From assembly GCA_977020255.1 (NCBI GenBank), contig CDROCS010000582.1, positions 62,001-126,000 of the forward strand: 64,000 bases of DNA, read 5' to 3'. Positions 22,261 through 34,153 of this stretch are shown piece after piece. Below the pieces are notes generated by a model. The model was given only the letters and a program-made list of their open reading frames with translations. It had not been told where the DNA came from and did not search any database. A program made the position numbers and the translations under genes. Numbering within the stretch: position 1 is the stretch's first letter; the number at the start of each line of letters is the position of its first letter. The DNA is from Obrimoposthia wandeli. Lineage: Eukaryota.

Positions 22261-25119
22261 AGACATGCCTATCCTGGTATAATAATAAATGTATTCATAT
22301 TCAATGAGGTAAGTGAAAAAGAATCAAAAACTGATGTTATTAAGAATCCTTATATCGATGTTGCATACAAATCAAAAATTAAGGAAGGAACTATAGTTAA
22401 TTTATTGTTACTAGAATCCAAGAAACGGTTTCATTTTATAGAAATAAGATGTGTAAAACGACTATTAAATATTCGAACTGAAACATCTAGAATTAGCAGA
22501 AAATGGTGTAAACAGTGTTTACATGGTTTCAAAAGTGATTTGTCATTATAAAAACTCAAAGTTTCATGTGACTATAATCAAGAAAGCACTACAATGTATA
22601 CTATGCCTAAGAATAAGTACGTTAAATTTAACGATTGGTCAAAGACTATATCACCGAAATATGTCGTTTACTCTGATTTTGAATCTGTATTAGTACCAGA
22701 TGAGAGTTATCATCAAAAGCATATGCCTGTCACATCTGGTATGTTATTTATGAGAACAGATGAAATTTAAACCCAGTATCAACATAATGTTGGTGATGAC
22801 TGTATAGTTAAATTTTTTTCAGTTGAACTTGGATAAAAGAAAAGGTATAGTCATGGTATTTAAATGCGCTTAAACACGTAATGATTCCCTTAACAAATAC
22901 AGAGATTCATGCATTTAGCAATGATAACGAATGTTATTTATGTCACGATCCATCGGAAAAATATGTTAAAGATCATGATCACTTTACTGGCAAGTATCTA
23001 GGTCCTGCATACAATGAATGTATTTTATCAAGAAAACTTCGTCTAACTTTACCTTTTGTGTTTATCTCAGAGGTTATGATTTACATCATATGAATAAATT
23101 TACTGATTGGGATATAAATATTATACTTCAATCGACATAAAAACTTTAAGCAATGATTGTAAGATTAGGTCAAATAACTCTGATATTTATATATTCTTTG
23201 CATTTTTTTACAATATTTTACAAACATCTTTGGAGAATTTTGCCAGTAAATTACCAAGTATTCCATTAACAAGATCAGTTTTTCCATCTAAACTCATTGA
23301 TGGCAAAGGAATATTCTCATATGATTTTGCTACTTCATTGAATGTTCTCCAGAATAAGTTAAGTTTACAAGTAAAATGGATGAAAAAATCACAGACACTG
23401 AATATCAAAAAGCACAAGATGTTTGGAGAATAACAAATTGTAGAAATATGATGGACTATATGTTAGTTTACTTAAAAACTGACGCACATTTATTAGCTGA
23501 CGTTTTTTAAACCTTCAGAAGAAAAACTCTCAGCGAAGATGGTTTAGACCACTTAGCCTTTTTTAGCATTCCTAGGTTGAGCTGGACAAGTGCTCTAAAA
23601 CTGTTAAAATATAAGGTTGAATATTCAGGATCCTGAAATGTACAACATGATTTCTTCTGGTATACGTGGAGGAATGACATTTGTCAATAACTATCATGTA
23701 GTCGCTGATGAAGAAAAGATTCTTTTATATTTATATGTCAATACTTTATATGGATGGGCTCTTGATCAACCTTTACCAAAAGCAGATTTTAAATGGATTC
23801 TTGATGATATAAAGCTAAACGAAATGTTGCATGAAATGAAAAATGTGGACATGGAACATATTGAATATGGTTATGTTATGGAGGTAGACTTGGAAATATC
23901 TGAAAACCTTCATGACTTTTTAAACGATCTAACTATAGCTCCAGAAAAGAAATTTCCACCTAGTAATAAAGTTGAAAAACATTTTTAATGACACATTCAC
24001 CAAAAAGTCATTACGTATTCACGAGACTATTGCAGATGTATGTTAGTTTAGGATCAGTGATATTAATTATTCATCGAGCAGTAAAGTTCTCTCAGGCAAA
24101 GATATTCGCAGAATATATAGAATATAATTCAGAAATGAGGTCTCAAGCAACGAATAAATGTGATAAATATTTTTATAAACTTAAAATTGTTAGTTTTTAT
24201 GGAAAAACCGTTAAAAATGTTAAGAAACGGTTGAATCTTTGCATCTGCACTAGTTCTACAAAATTAATGACATATACTAGCAAACCTATATTTCGACGAA
24301 CATTGAAATTCATGATAATTTAATAACTGTTTTATTAAGAATATACTTTATTTGTCTCGATCGACCAAACTATATAGGCCAAGCTGTACTAGACCTTAGC
24401 AAATTACGAATGTATACTCTTCAGTATTAGGATTTACAAAATTACAGATCACTATTTAATTGTTCAATTAAAGTAGTTGCCAAAGATACTGATTCATTCT
24501 TTTTAGATTGTAAAGGTTTTAATTTAAGAAATTAGTTGTTACCTCAAATGATTGCAGATGGAGCATTATATACGTCAAATTATAATGTGAATGATCCATT
24601 ATATCCTAATGAATTTAATAGTAAAATAGGATTATTTAAAGATGAATCGGAAGGAAGAACGTATAAAGAATGGATTTTCTTACTTTTTAAATATTATTCA
24701 TTTAAGTTTGAAGATGACTTTGAAAATAATAAAGCAAAAGAAGTAAATCTTAAGGGATCAACGGTTGTACAAAAAACATATTTGGACGTGTATGAAAACG
24801 ATAATGCATATACTATACCACAAAAGAAGTTTGGAACAATAAATTATCAACTATACACAATCATAACACAAAAGACAGCTCTCAGCTCATCAGACAACAA
24901 ACACTATTGAATCGAGAAATATATAAACCGCGCTTATGGACATTATGAAATTAAATAATAAATTTGTTTAATTTTGTATTATTCTCTAACTTATTTCTTA
25001 TTTAATTTTTTTCTATGTATTTATTATGTAAATTGTATATAAATATATTTATTAATAATATTTTATTTTTATAGATAATATAAATTATTTAAAGAAATTT
25101 TACCCTAATCCTTTAGATG

Positions 25120-25480
25120 TTTAAGCCTGGAAAAACTTTGAACTAAATTTTCACATAGCGTAGTAGGTATTATTACGCAATACATTCCTTAACTGATAAG
25201 AGTGAACTTTGACCTAAATTTTAACATAGCATAATTGATTGAATACTATAGATGTGTTGGTCAACTATAGAGGCTCACAACCATAACTTCAAGTCATAAC
25301 TGAACCTGACCCTTTCATGTATGGACGACCACAACCCCTTGGGTATGTTGGTCGACCATAGACGGTCATGACCATACCTTCAAAACCTTTCTCTACCAGA
25401 CACTTATTATGTGACACCCTTTAACATTGTGTAGGCACAGACGGTTACCAAGTGGTCTAGACTCCATCCTTCTACCTACT
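25120..25480. mobile_element. Polinton B right terminal region ending ...TCTACCTACT
   Basis: 25471-25480 is the reverse complement of the AGTAGGTAGA terminus; GC-richer repeats downstream of polB. Confidence 0.8.
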
Positions 25481-25505
25481 AACTAATAAAAACACATGTC
25501 AGAAA

Positions 25506-25760
25506 CAGGACTCGAGTTTTCAGTGTCCAAATGTTCAGTAAAAATAAAATCACATGATTAAATACAAAAATTAATATATAGATCTTAAAATATCTTTAAA
25601 AATAAACACATTTAAACATTTATTGCTCAGAGACACGCGTCCCATGATAGCCAATTTTAATAAAACTATTTGCATTTGATATAACAGAAACCTTAAGAAG
25701 ATATTCCTTTCCAAAATAGACATTACCCTTAATTTGACATAAAATAAGATATATTTTCTG
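25506..25760. mobile_element. Isolated hAT-like transposon end (inverted copy of 30120-30373)
   Basis: CAGGACTCGAGTTTTCAGTGTCCAAAT plus ~230 bp is the reverse complement of 30120-30373; no TSD found. Confidence 0.6.
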
Positions 25761-26754
25761 ACTCAGAAATTGAATTTCTCAAAAAAATAATTTAAATGAA
25801 CTTTTTAAATTTTACAAGTATTAATTTAGAATTATCAATATAAAAGCCGTTGTTAATCTAATATACATATTCAGGATTTTATGAACAAAAACAGGAGTCG
25901 AGTTTTCACTGTCTAAAATTTCTGTTAAATTGATCAAACGAAAATAATTAATAAATTTACGTTAGTCATATGTTTATAATTATAATTTTTTTCATTTATT
26001 TTATCATTTAGTTTTATTAATAAAATTATTGTTAGGCAAACGTTTACAAATATGACATACATTTTTAAATAATATTAAAACAAATACTATCGAAAATAAT
26101 ATTTATTTAAATATTAGAATGCTTTTTTAATACGAATTTTTAACTTACTTTAAGAAATTTATTTAAAGTTTGAATATCTAAAATATTTACATTTAAAATG
26201 TATTTATTCTAAAAGTTAATTTTTAAATATTTATAATAAATATCTGTTGAATGTAATTAAATAATAATCTATTGACTAATTTTGACATAAAATTGCATTT
26301 CTGAAAGAAATTTTTCAAAAAATTTATTAGATTTATTTGTGTACATCATATTAAAGATGAAAATATTTTGTGTTCAGTTTACGGTTCGTAAATTTTTTAA
26401 ATGCTAAACCGGTTTAATTTTAGTGTTTAATAAGCTTTCTTGAATCATATAATTAGCTTTAACTATTAAAAAAATAGTATGCAAGATACTTCCTCAAGTC
26501 TATTACATTTTCATTCTAGACATCACCTTTTTATTAAGTATAAACATAAGTATTGTAAAACGTCGATTGAAGTCTATTTAAGTTTACCCCAGAAACTAAT
26601 TTCCAAGATTTTATTTCAGAATTGTTTCAAAAAATTTTAAACGTCAACAAATCAAATTTGAATTCAATGTCAGATTTTCATAATTCACTTAATTCACGTG
26701 AGGTTAGGATGTTTAAGCATTGGGCTTGGGTTTCTTTCACCCACATTGTTCTTA

Positions 26755-26815
26755 AGAAATTTTTGGTGACCAGACACCCTTATAGGTGGGACCCCTTATA
26801 AGTGAATAATTACTG
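26755..26815 (-). mobile_element. Solo end of the 9531-9694 MITE family
   Basis: Reverse complement of 9531-9589 (about 58 bp, 3 mismatches), followed by TA. Confidence 0.75.
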
Positions 26816-27128
26816 TACTAGATGAGTTATTGACTGGATTGCGGTAATTGTGGTTAGTGGCTTTGCGGCATTGAGAGGGTGTGTAGGTTATGTGTGTGCA
26901 TAATTATGTACATTGTTATATTATGAAATATATGTGAATTATGATTAAATAATGTTATGGATAAATGAATATGATTGGCTACTGTTGCTGAAGGTGTTAT
27001 AGAATTTTAATTAAAATTTGAAAAATTGATTGGATTCAGTAGTTCGTTTTTGGATAATGGAAACCCAACAATATGGAAGCAAGGCGTGGTAAATGAGTTC
27101 AGCACGCTTCCACTGAATTTTTAAGAGC

Positions 27129-28450
27129 ATGGATGAATACTACTATGAAAGTTACGCAGAGAAAGCTGCAAAGAGAGAATCAGGAACGAAAATGCTTATT
27201 GAAAACATGGAGGTCGAATTTGACATCAAAGTGGAACAGTCAATTTATGATAACTTGAAGTCCAAAAAGATCAACATATCCATTATGAATTTTATTATTC
27301 TGGACATGTTCCTCATTAAGAACTGCAATTTAGAAATGGAGGCCAACAATCGCTACACTGTCTATGGCCGCAACGGATCGGGAAAGTCGATGTTTCTCAA
27401 GAGCTTTATACTAAGAAAGTTGAATCTGATAGATGGACTCAGTATTGAGATGATCGAAGAAAAAGGATTGGTGATGAGTCGTCCGTGACGAAGTGTTTTC
27501 CTTATAAAAATAAGGATCATGAGGAGCTAATACTGGAACTCGAAAAGTATCTTTCTTTCCTGAACAAGAAGCTAAAGGAACCGAAAGTCATTTTGCAAAA
27601 AAGGATATGGAGTTGGGAGATAAGGAAGATCTATTCAAGCTGAGGTAGCCGGATATTCTTCTTCTAGATGACCCGGGAAGCATGTTGGCTGCAAAGAGCA
27701 AGTCATTTTTGACAGAATATATCAAACACTATCCGAAGTGTGTTGTATTCATTACATATAGTAGTTGCTTCCTAAATTCTGCCAACTGTATCTTCCATTT
27801 TAAGAATAAGTCCATATTTCTATTCTCCAACCCAGTAAATAAAACTATCTATCGGGAGTTTTTCGAGATAGTGAAAGTCACCAACAAGAAAGACTCGTGG
27901 GCTATGTCCATCAGTGAGAAGATAAAGTGCACCATGATCTAGACCAATGACATATTCTTCTTCTGTAAAACGAGCACAGATATTTTTCAAAACATCGATG
28001 TGAATGTCACCGAAGCCCTCGGGCGTGCATCCTTGGTAATAACGGTGCTGGAATGTCAAATTTACTTAAGTTGTTGTTGAAGCCAAAGCACGGAGATGTA
28101 TTTTTGAACAATAAAACCAAGGTCAGATACTTCAACCAACACACCGTAGATGGATTGAACTTCAAGCAGACTTGTCTATCGAATCTCCAGACTCTGCACC
28201 CCACCACCAAGGAGGCTTCACTGACCTTGGCCATTACTTAGTTCGGTAACTACGAAGATTCGATTCATCACCATTTGAAGTACATGTCGGCCGGCCAGAA
28301 GTCGCGTATCGTGTTCACGTCGCCACTATCATCGGTCAACATCCAGTTCTTTTTTGGTTTGGTTAGTGACCTTCTTGGTGAGAATGGTGTGGGTGGGGTA
28401 GACACCGGTCTTATCTTGATACATCTGATCTCACTATGGTGCCTGATGTA
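27129..28450 (+). pseudogene. ABCF: Intronless, highly divergent two-cassette ABC-F ATPase (GCN20/ABCF3-like) pseudogene
   Basis: Cassette 1: RYTVYGRNGSGKS (Walker A), PDILLLDDP (Walker B), FLTEYIKHYPKCVVFIT. Cassette 2: CILGNNGAGMSNLLKLL, KVRYFNQHTVDGL, signature MSAGQKSRIVF. Stops and frameshifts present. Confidence 0.85.
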
Positions 28451-28560
28451 GGAGGGGGACCACACAAGAGAGGGGTTTAGGACACGGATATGGGTTTTCA
28501 GGGAGGTGTCAGAATGTGTTTGTTAAGGGTTTTAGTCAATTTACTCAAATATTTACTTAG

Positions 28561-28728
28561 ATTCAAGACAATGAGGGCATTCCTTCCAATCAACAGCGTT
28601 TAATCTTTGCTGAAATGTAGTTAGAAGACGGCCAAACATTGTCAGACTACAATATTAAAAAATAATCAACACTTCATTTGGTTCTAAGATTGAGTAGTTG
28701 TATGAAGATTTTTGTCAAAACACTATCA
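28561..28728 (+). pseudogene. Polyubiquitin fragment (Ub residues 30-76 plus the start of the next unit)
   Basis: [54 protein letters not shown]; preceded by a TTAG acceptor-like site; two in-frame stops. Confidence 0.92.
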
Positions 28729-29019
28729 GCAAGTTGAAGGAGCGACTAGAAGCCTATGATGATATTTATATGGAAACGGTGATAAAAATGACCAAGATAA
28801 TGAATTTGGGTGTTGAAAACGAGAGAAATGCAAACTGGAGAAATTATAACACATATGTTAAGTGTGATAATAAATTAGATAAAACTCCAAGTCGATTGAT
28901 GGGTTTTTATTGGTGATATCCTTCAAAACAAAATTATGTTCATTATCTTTCGAATCTGTTTCCTAAATTGATCCATTAGACAGCAAAGACAATAATTTGT
29001 CAACAATTTTATTTTCTGT

Positions 29020-29105
29020 TAAATCTGTTTCAATTTGATTCTGTTTCAATTCTGTTTCTATTATGTTTCAATTTGATTCTGTTTCAATTCTGTTTCAATT
29101 TGATT
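29020..29105. repeat. Short degenerate tandem repeat (TCTGTTTCAATT)
   Basis: TGTTTC(A/T)ATT occurs about 7 times. Confidence 0.7.
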
Positions 29106-31724
29106 CTAAATGGGTAATTTCAACAATTTGATTATTTATAGCATATGATTTTCAAAATGCCTTACACATATCGCACTGAGAATCTGATTCCAGGTAGCAA
29201 ATCTGGGCAGAGGGGAAATTAAAATATTTATGCATGTACATACATAGGTAGTAAAACAAAAGGGAGTGAGCATGTAAAGTACAGTGAGTTAGAGATTTAG
29301 CATAGAATGAGTAAGGGAGTAGTGAGAATGAAAGATAGAAAAGAGTGTATGTTTGTCAGAATATGTGTGTGTGTGTGGTGAATTGTGCACTTGTGCACAT
29401 TAACACCATATGTCGACGATAGTCGTCGGCACATGAAAAAGGAAAATCTTCCCTTCTTATCTCTGACTTCGCGGGCAATTTTTATTGTTAACATTTGTAG
29501 AACAGTATTGTCGCTGGTTGATCTTAAGTTATATTTGTGACTTTTTACTTTTGTATTCTCCTCAGGTATTTCTCGACATCTGTTTAAATGTGTTTTTATT
29601 TCTTTTGATTTTGGTTCATTATCAAGTTTAGCTGTTATGTGGGTTCCGTATCGAAGCCCCAACAACCCCACCTACCGAGGATCCATGGAACTTTTTTATC
29701 CAAAGGAATAGAGAGGAACTCTTGAAACAACTTGAGGACAAAGATATACGGTCTTTACATGAGAATAAACCATATCCAAATCCACAATCTCAAGAAGACC
29801 GAAGTGACGCCATCAATATCCTCACGGAAAAAGCACCTCACAATGCTTTCAGTGTCATTAAGGTTGGATGGACCAGGACAGAAAATCTCTCATCAGATTT
29901 CATGACAATCGCATGCGTCAACCAAGAAAAAAAAATATATTTTTAGGTCAAATTACGGGTTATGTCCACTTTGGAAAGGAATATCTCCGTAAGGTTTCTG
30001 TTATATGAAATGAAAATAGTTTTATTAGAATTGGCTAGTATGAGACAAGTGTTTCTGAGCATAATATGTTTTAAATGTGTTTATTTATAAAGATATTTGA
30101 AATCTATAGAATGAAAATTTAGAAAATATATCTTATTTTAGGTAAAATTAAGAGTAATGTCCATTTTGGAAGGGGTTTCTCCTTAAGGTTTCTGTTATAT
30201 GAAATGCAAATAGTTTTATTAGAATTGGCTAGTATGATACGAGTGTTTCTGAGCATTATATGTTTAAATGTGTTTATTTGTAAAGATATTTTAAGATATA
30301 TATATTAAGTTTTGTATTTAATCATGTGATTATATTTTTAATGAAAATTTGGACACTGAAAACTCGAGTCCTGAACAAAAGAGCTTCACTTCATATTAAA
30401 ACAAGTGTTTAATATTTACTCAATATAATAGTTTAATTATATTATTACTATTTTTTGAACCTTGATCCAATAAAAAATCACAAAAATTTTACTGTTCACA
30501 AGTTAATGATATTGAAATTATATGGAAAATATCACTCAAATAGACTTATTGCATCGATTTATCATTAAAACTCTTGAATTGAATAATTCATAGTAGATAA
30601 TTTTGTAACAAATGAAATGACGTAATAAAAGCTTTATTGTGTTTAAGGTTTAGGAAATACAGTAACGATTTAACGTCCGAGACAATAATTTCAAAACTAT
30701 TGAAAATATTACCAGCAAACAAATGCTGAATTTGAACGAACATGGAAGATGTATAATTATCATTGTAATGTTGAGTCAATAAAATTAATATAGAGCTTGA
30801 CAACTTAAAAAGTTACAATTTTAGTGTCAGACATAACATTTTGTGTTGTTCTAACTCTTATCTTAAATAATTCTGGTACTATAATTAGATAAGTCAATTA
30901 TGAATAAGTTTTACTTTATAAAATGCCGCCGATATTTCCATAAATTATAAAAATATACAGAATCACGCTTTTAAAAACACACTATAATTTTTAAATGTAT
31001 TTTAAATTGTTCCAATAAGAACAAACGATGATGAAGTTTTTAAAAAAACAAAATAATCTTGGAAACTATGCAAACTCAGATTTATAAAAGTATTATATGT
31101 ATAACATTGTATACATTGTATATATAGGCATAGTTTGAAAAATTGGGGGAGAGGGATTGACAATGTGGTGGAACAACTGATAAAAAATATTAATACAAAC
31201 TTTTAATATTCTTATAAAACCCTTATTAGTATATAGTTGTTTAAAAAATTATTTTTTTATAAGTCTTATTTACTTAAGCTTCTTCGATATTTATCCGAAT
31301 TAATAAAACTTAATTGAACAGTAATCTTATCATGAACATCATAGATTAATTTCCTTTTTGCAGATAAAGCAAGTAAGGAAGTCATATTTACGAATCAAAT
31401 GGTAATAATTATAGGGAGTATCCTTAATGACTACCGGAAGATTGATTAAATTTTCGTTTTCCTTTAATTAAAAAGGAAGATGTATATCAGACTTTTGATG
31501 ACTTTACTATTCAATCGATACCAAAAATCCGTCTACATCAGTTGTTTTAATCACATCAGCTTAAGTTACCTATAAGAAAACATTTGACATACTACTTCGT
31601 ACATAAATAGTTCTTGTAATCAAAAATAAAACAACTATTTGTGACACGTTTACAAAAGTAATTATTTTTCAATGTGACTCAACTGTATTAATATTAAAAA
31701 ATCGATAATATATTAAAAATAAAA

Positions 31725-31842
31725 ACTCTAACCCCTAACTCTAACTCTGATCCTCTAACATCCAACATCCAACCCTATCTCTAACCCTAACAATAAATCT
31801 AATCCTCTAACTCTTAACCTAATTATAACTCTAGCCCTCTAA
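31725..31842. repeat. Degenerate telomere-like (CTAACC/CTCTAA)n tract
   Basis: CTCTAACCCCTAACTCTAACTCTGATCCTCTAAC...CTCTAACCCTAAC; C-rich on the + strand, with CCCTAA units embedded. Confidence 0.6.
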
Positions 31843-31995
31843 AATATATATTTTATTTATTTATCCATTCTATAGTATTGAATTGAGAATTGTTTTTTTA
31901 AATAAGGAATACTATAAGAGTAGGGTGATATGATCGGTAATTGTTATTGAGGTAAATTATTTGTATGTTTAAATTTTATTGATGTTTTTTTGCAG

Positions 31996-32896
31996 GAATC
32001 AATACAAGTAACTGAGGAGATGTGAGAAAAATTTCACCTTTCCTGCAGATAAAAATGAAGCGGGCATGGGTGCGGAAGACGAGGTGCTCTAAAAAGGTGA
32101 AATCTTGTCTGTTCAAACCTACCGAGGTATCGATGGAGCGGCAGGAAAAACTTCCTTATCCGATTATTGAGGTAAATATTAAAATTTTTAATACCATTTT
32201 TAAAATTTTATTAATGTTTTTTTGCAGGAACCAGTCCAGATAATTGAGGATACATGGGGAGAAATTTCTCCTTTCCCGCGGATACGAATGAAGCGAGAAG
32301 AGGTGCGGAAGACGAAGCGCTCCAGAAAATGTAGCACCGCAAAGCTCAATTCTTCTGAGGCGGAGATTGGCCGACAGGAGATTCTCCCATCTCCAGTGGA
32401 CGAAAGGCCAATTTTGTACGGGAGAATAGCAGTCTCTCCGATCGAGATTAGTCCGCCTCCCAGTCAACGACGTCTGCAGGAGATGGCACCGGCTTAATAA
32501 AGCATCTACAAAATTTTGGCTAGGGCTTGGGAGACTGATTCTCTTCTGCCAACAGCATCTACCAACCAGAACATGAAGAGGGCCTGGGATGAAGCTGGAT
32601 TGGACAAATGGCTAGCGGAACTAGAAACCCCGCAACCGACAGTGCTTCCAGATTCGCGAGGGCAGCAGGATGCGGTCTCACGTCAGCTTCAGTGTGAGAA
32701 GGAGGAGAAACCTAAGAAAGCTCCGCGGAAGAGGAAGGCTACAAAACTGACCACTTCTTCGTCGGGGCAATCTACATCAGCTGCACCTCTGCCCAAAAAT
32801 TTGCGGCAACTCCTTCCAAAACCTCAGGGAACGACAATTGCTGCACAGCAACCGGTGCAGCCGAAAAAGAAGCCAGGTCGACCAAAGAAAAATTAG
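31996..32896 (+). pseudogene. Decayed spliced gene for a basic, Pro/Lys/Arg-rich protein with a C-terminal AT-hook-like motif
   Basis: GT-AG introns at 31952-31995 (44 nt) and 32172-32227 (56 nt); duplicated ~176-bp exon; repeated (K/A)RAW motif; ends PKKKPGRPKK. Confidence 0.55.
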
Positions 32897-33474
32897 GGAG
32901 CCAGTCCCGCTTTCTCCTATACCACTCAGTCGGAGAGATATCGATGAAGATGATCCCAATGATGACTTTGTGAAGTGTTATTGGAATAATATAATTCATA
33001 AAAATAATTTTACGTGTTTTGTTTTAATTAAATTTTTTTAAAATATTGAATTCAAAAATTAACTTAAAAATTTAATTTTTTTTACGAAATTTATAATAGT
33101 AAAATGCAATCATAAGTTATCGATTTATTAAAATATAAAAACTCATTTGATAAATAAAAATATATAACTTATTCGAATGTGATTGATTTAATTAGAAATA
33201 ATATAATTCTACATGTCGTTAAATTTCTGTACGTTAATTTCAAAAAGATAGGTTTAAAATTTATTTATATAGAAATGCAATGATTAGTTATAGATTTATT
33301 AAACTCTCATTTGATAAATAAATATATATCATTTAATTGAATGTGATTGGATTAAAGATATTTCAAATTTATATAAATAGGTTCAAATTTATTTACTTCT
33401 TCATAAATAAAAAAATGGAATTAACTAAAATGTAAAGTCTTGTGACGAAAATATAAGAAAACATCAGAAGAAAT

Positions 33475-33768
33475 GTGAAGAATGGAGATTTAAGAAAGAG
33501 GGTCCTGAATCATAATTTGTACGGTGCTGTCGCGACCAAGTGGAATCGACGGATGGAGATTCAAGACAGGCGTCTAGCAGAACGACAACGGATCCTGGAC
33601 TGGAATAGGAAGGTAGAATTGGAGCACAGACAACTGGCTGAAAAAAGAAGAATGGATATGGAGGACAATCGGCGAGCTGCAAGAAAGAAAATCCTTCAAA
33701 CTAAACATGGAGAGAAATTGAAAATTATTTTTCTTTTGATTTTATTGATTATTTATAGTGTTACATAA
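33475..33768 (+). CDS. Charged coiled-coil-like ORF of unknown function
   Basis: GC-richer R/E-rich ORF (RRMEIQDRRLAERQRILDWNRKVELEHRQLAEKRR) within AT-rich flanks; no ATG at the track start. Confidence 0.35.
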   Translation: MKNGDLRKRVLNHNLYGAVATKWNRRMEIQDRRLAERQRILDWNRKVELEHRQLAEKRRMDMEDNRRAARKKILQTKHGEKLKIIFLLILLIIYSVT

Positions 33769-34153
33769 TTGATTAAATATTTTACAAAACCATACTAAAT
33801 ATAAACAATTTCATAAATAATGTTTTTTATAAGATGGATGATAGAATAAATTGGAATAAATTATACATTAAATTATCTCCAGATTTAATGGAAAATTATG
33901 AAAAAAATTATTTTTCAAAAAATAATACTTCGGAAATTGTTGCAGATAAAATATGTAATTTACTTTCAAAATATTTAGGTAGGTTTACATTTAATATAAT
34001 TTATTTTAATATTCATATGAGAATTGAAAATATGTACCAATCTTAACAAGAGAAATAAATCTGGAGTACTTTGATATTTTAATAAATTTTTATTAATGGT
34101 TTTTATTTTTATTCGTTATAAACAAAGGGATTTGCTACATATTTGAGTAATTA

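Larger units (their letters stand above)
20706..24955 (+). pseudogene. polB: Polinton B pPolB, decayed and interrupted by an 845-bp insertion
   Basis: N-terminal motifs EEYSLKGSGG and NSDNLCFYYAIL; DHDHFTGKYLG; KGIFSY; GIRGGMTF; LYVNTLYGW; FYGKT; KDTDSF; IGLFKDE; KTALSSSDNK. Many stops and frameshifts. Confidence 0.93.
25892..30373. mobile_element. Candidate hAT-like non-autonomous element (4482 bp) enclosing host-gene fragments
   Basis: TIRs CAGGAGTCGAGTTTTCACTGTC / GACACTGAAAACTCGAGTCCTG; flanks AACAAAAA (25884-91) and AACAAAAG (30374-81) give a 7/8 match to an 8-bp TSD; no transposase seen. Confidence 0.5.

Noticed and set aside
27065-27120. U6 snRNA-like reverse-complement fragments (AATATGGAA ... 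ACGCTTC..GAATTT)
   Set aside because: The match is split by ~25 unrelated bases and the ACAGAGA box and ISL are absent; likely chance.
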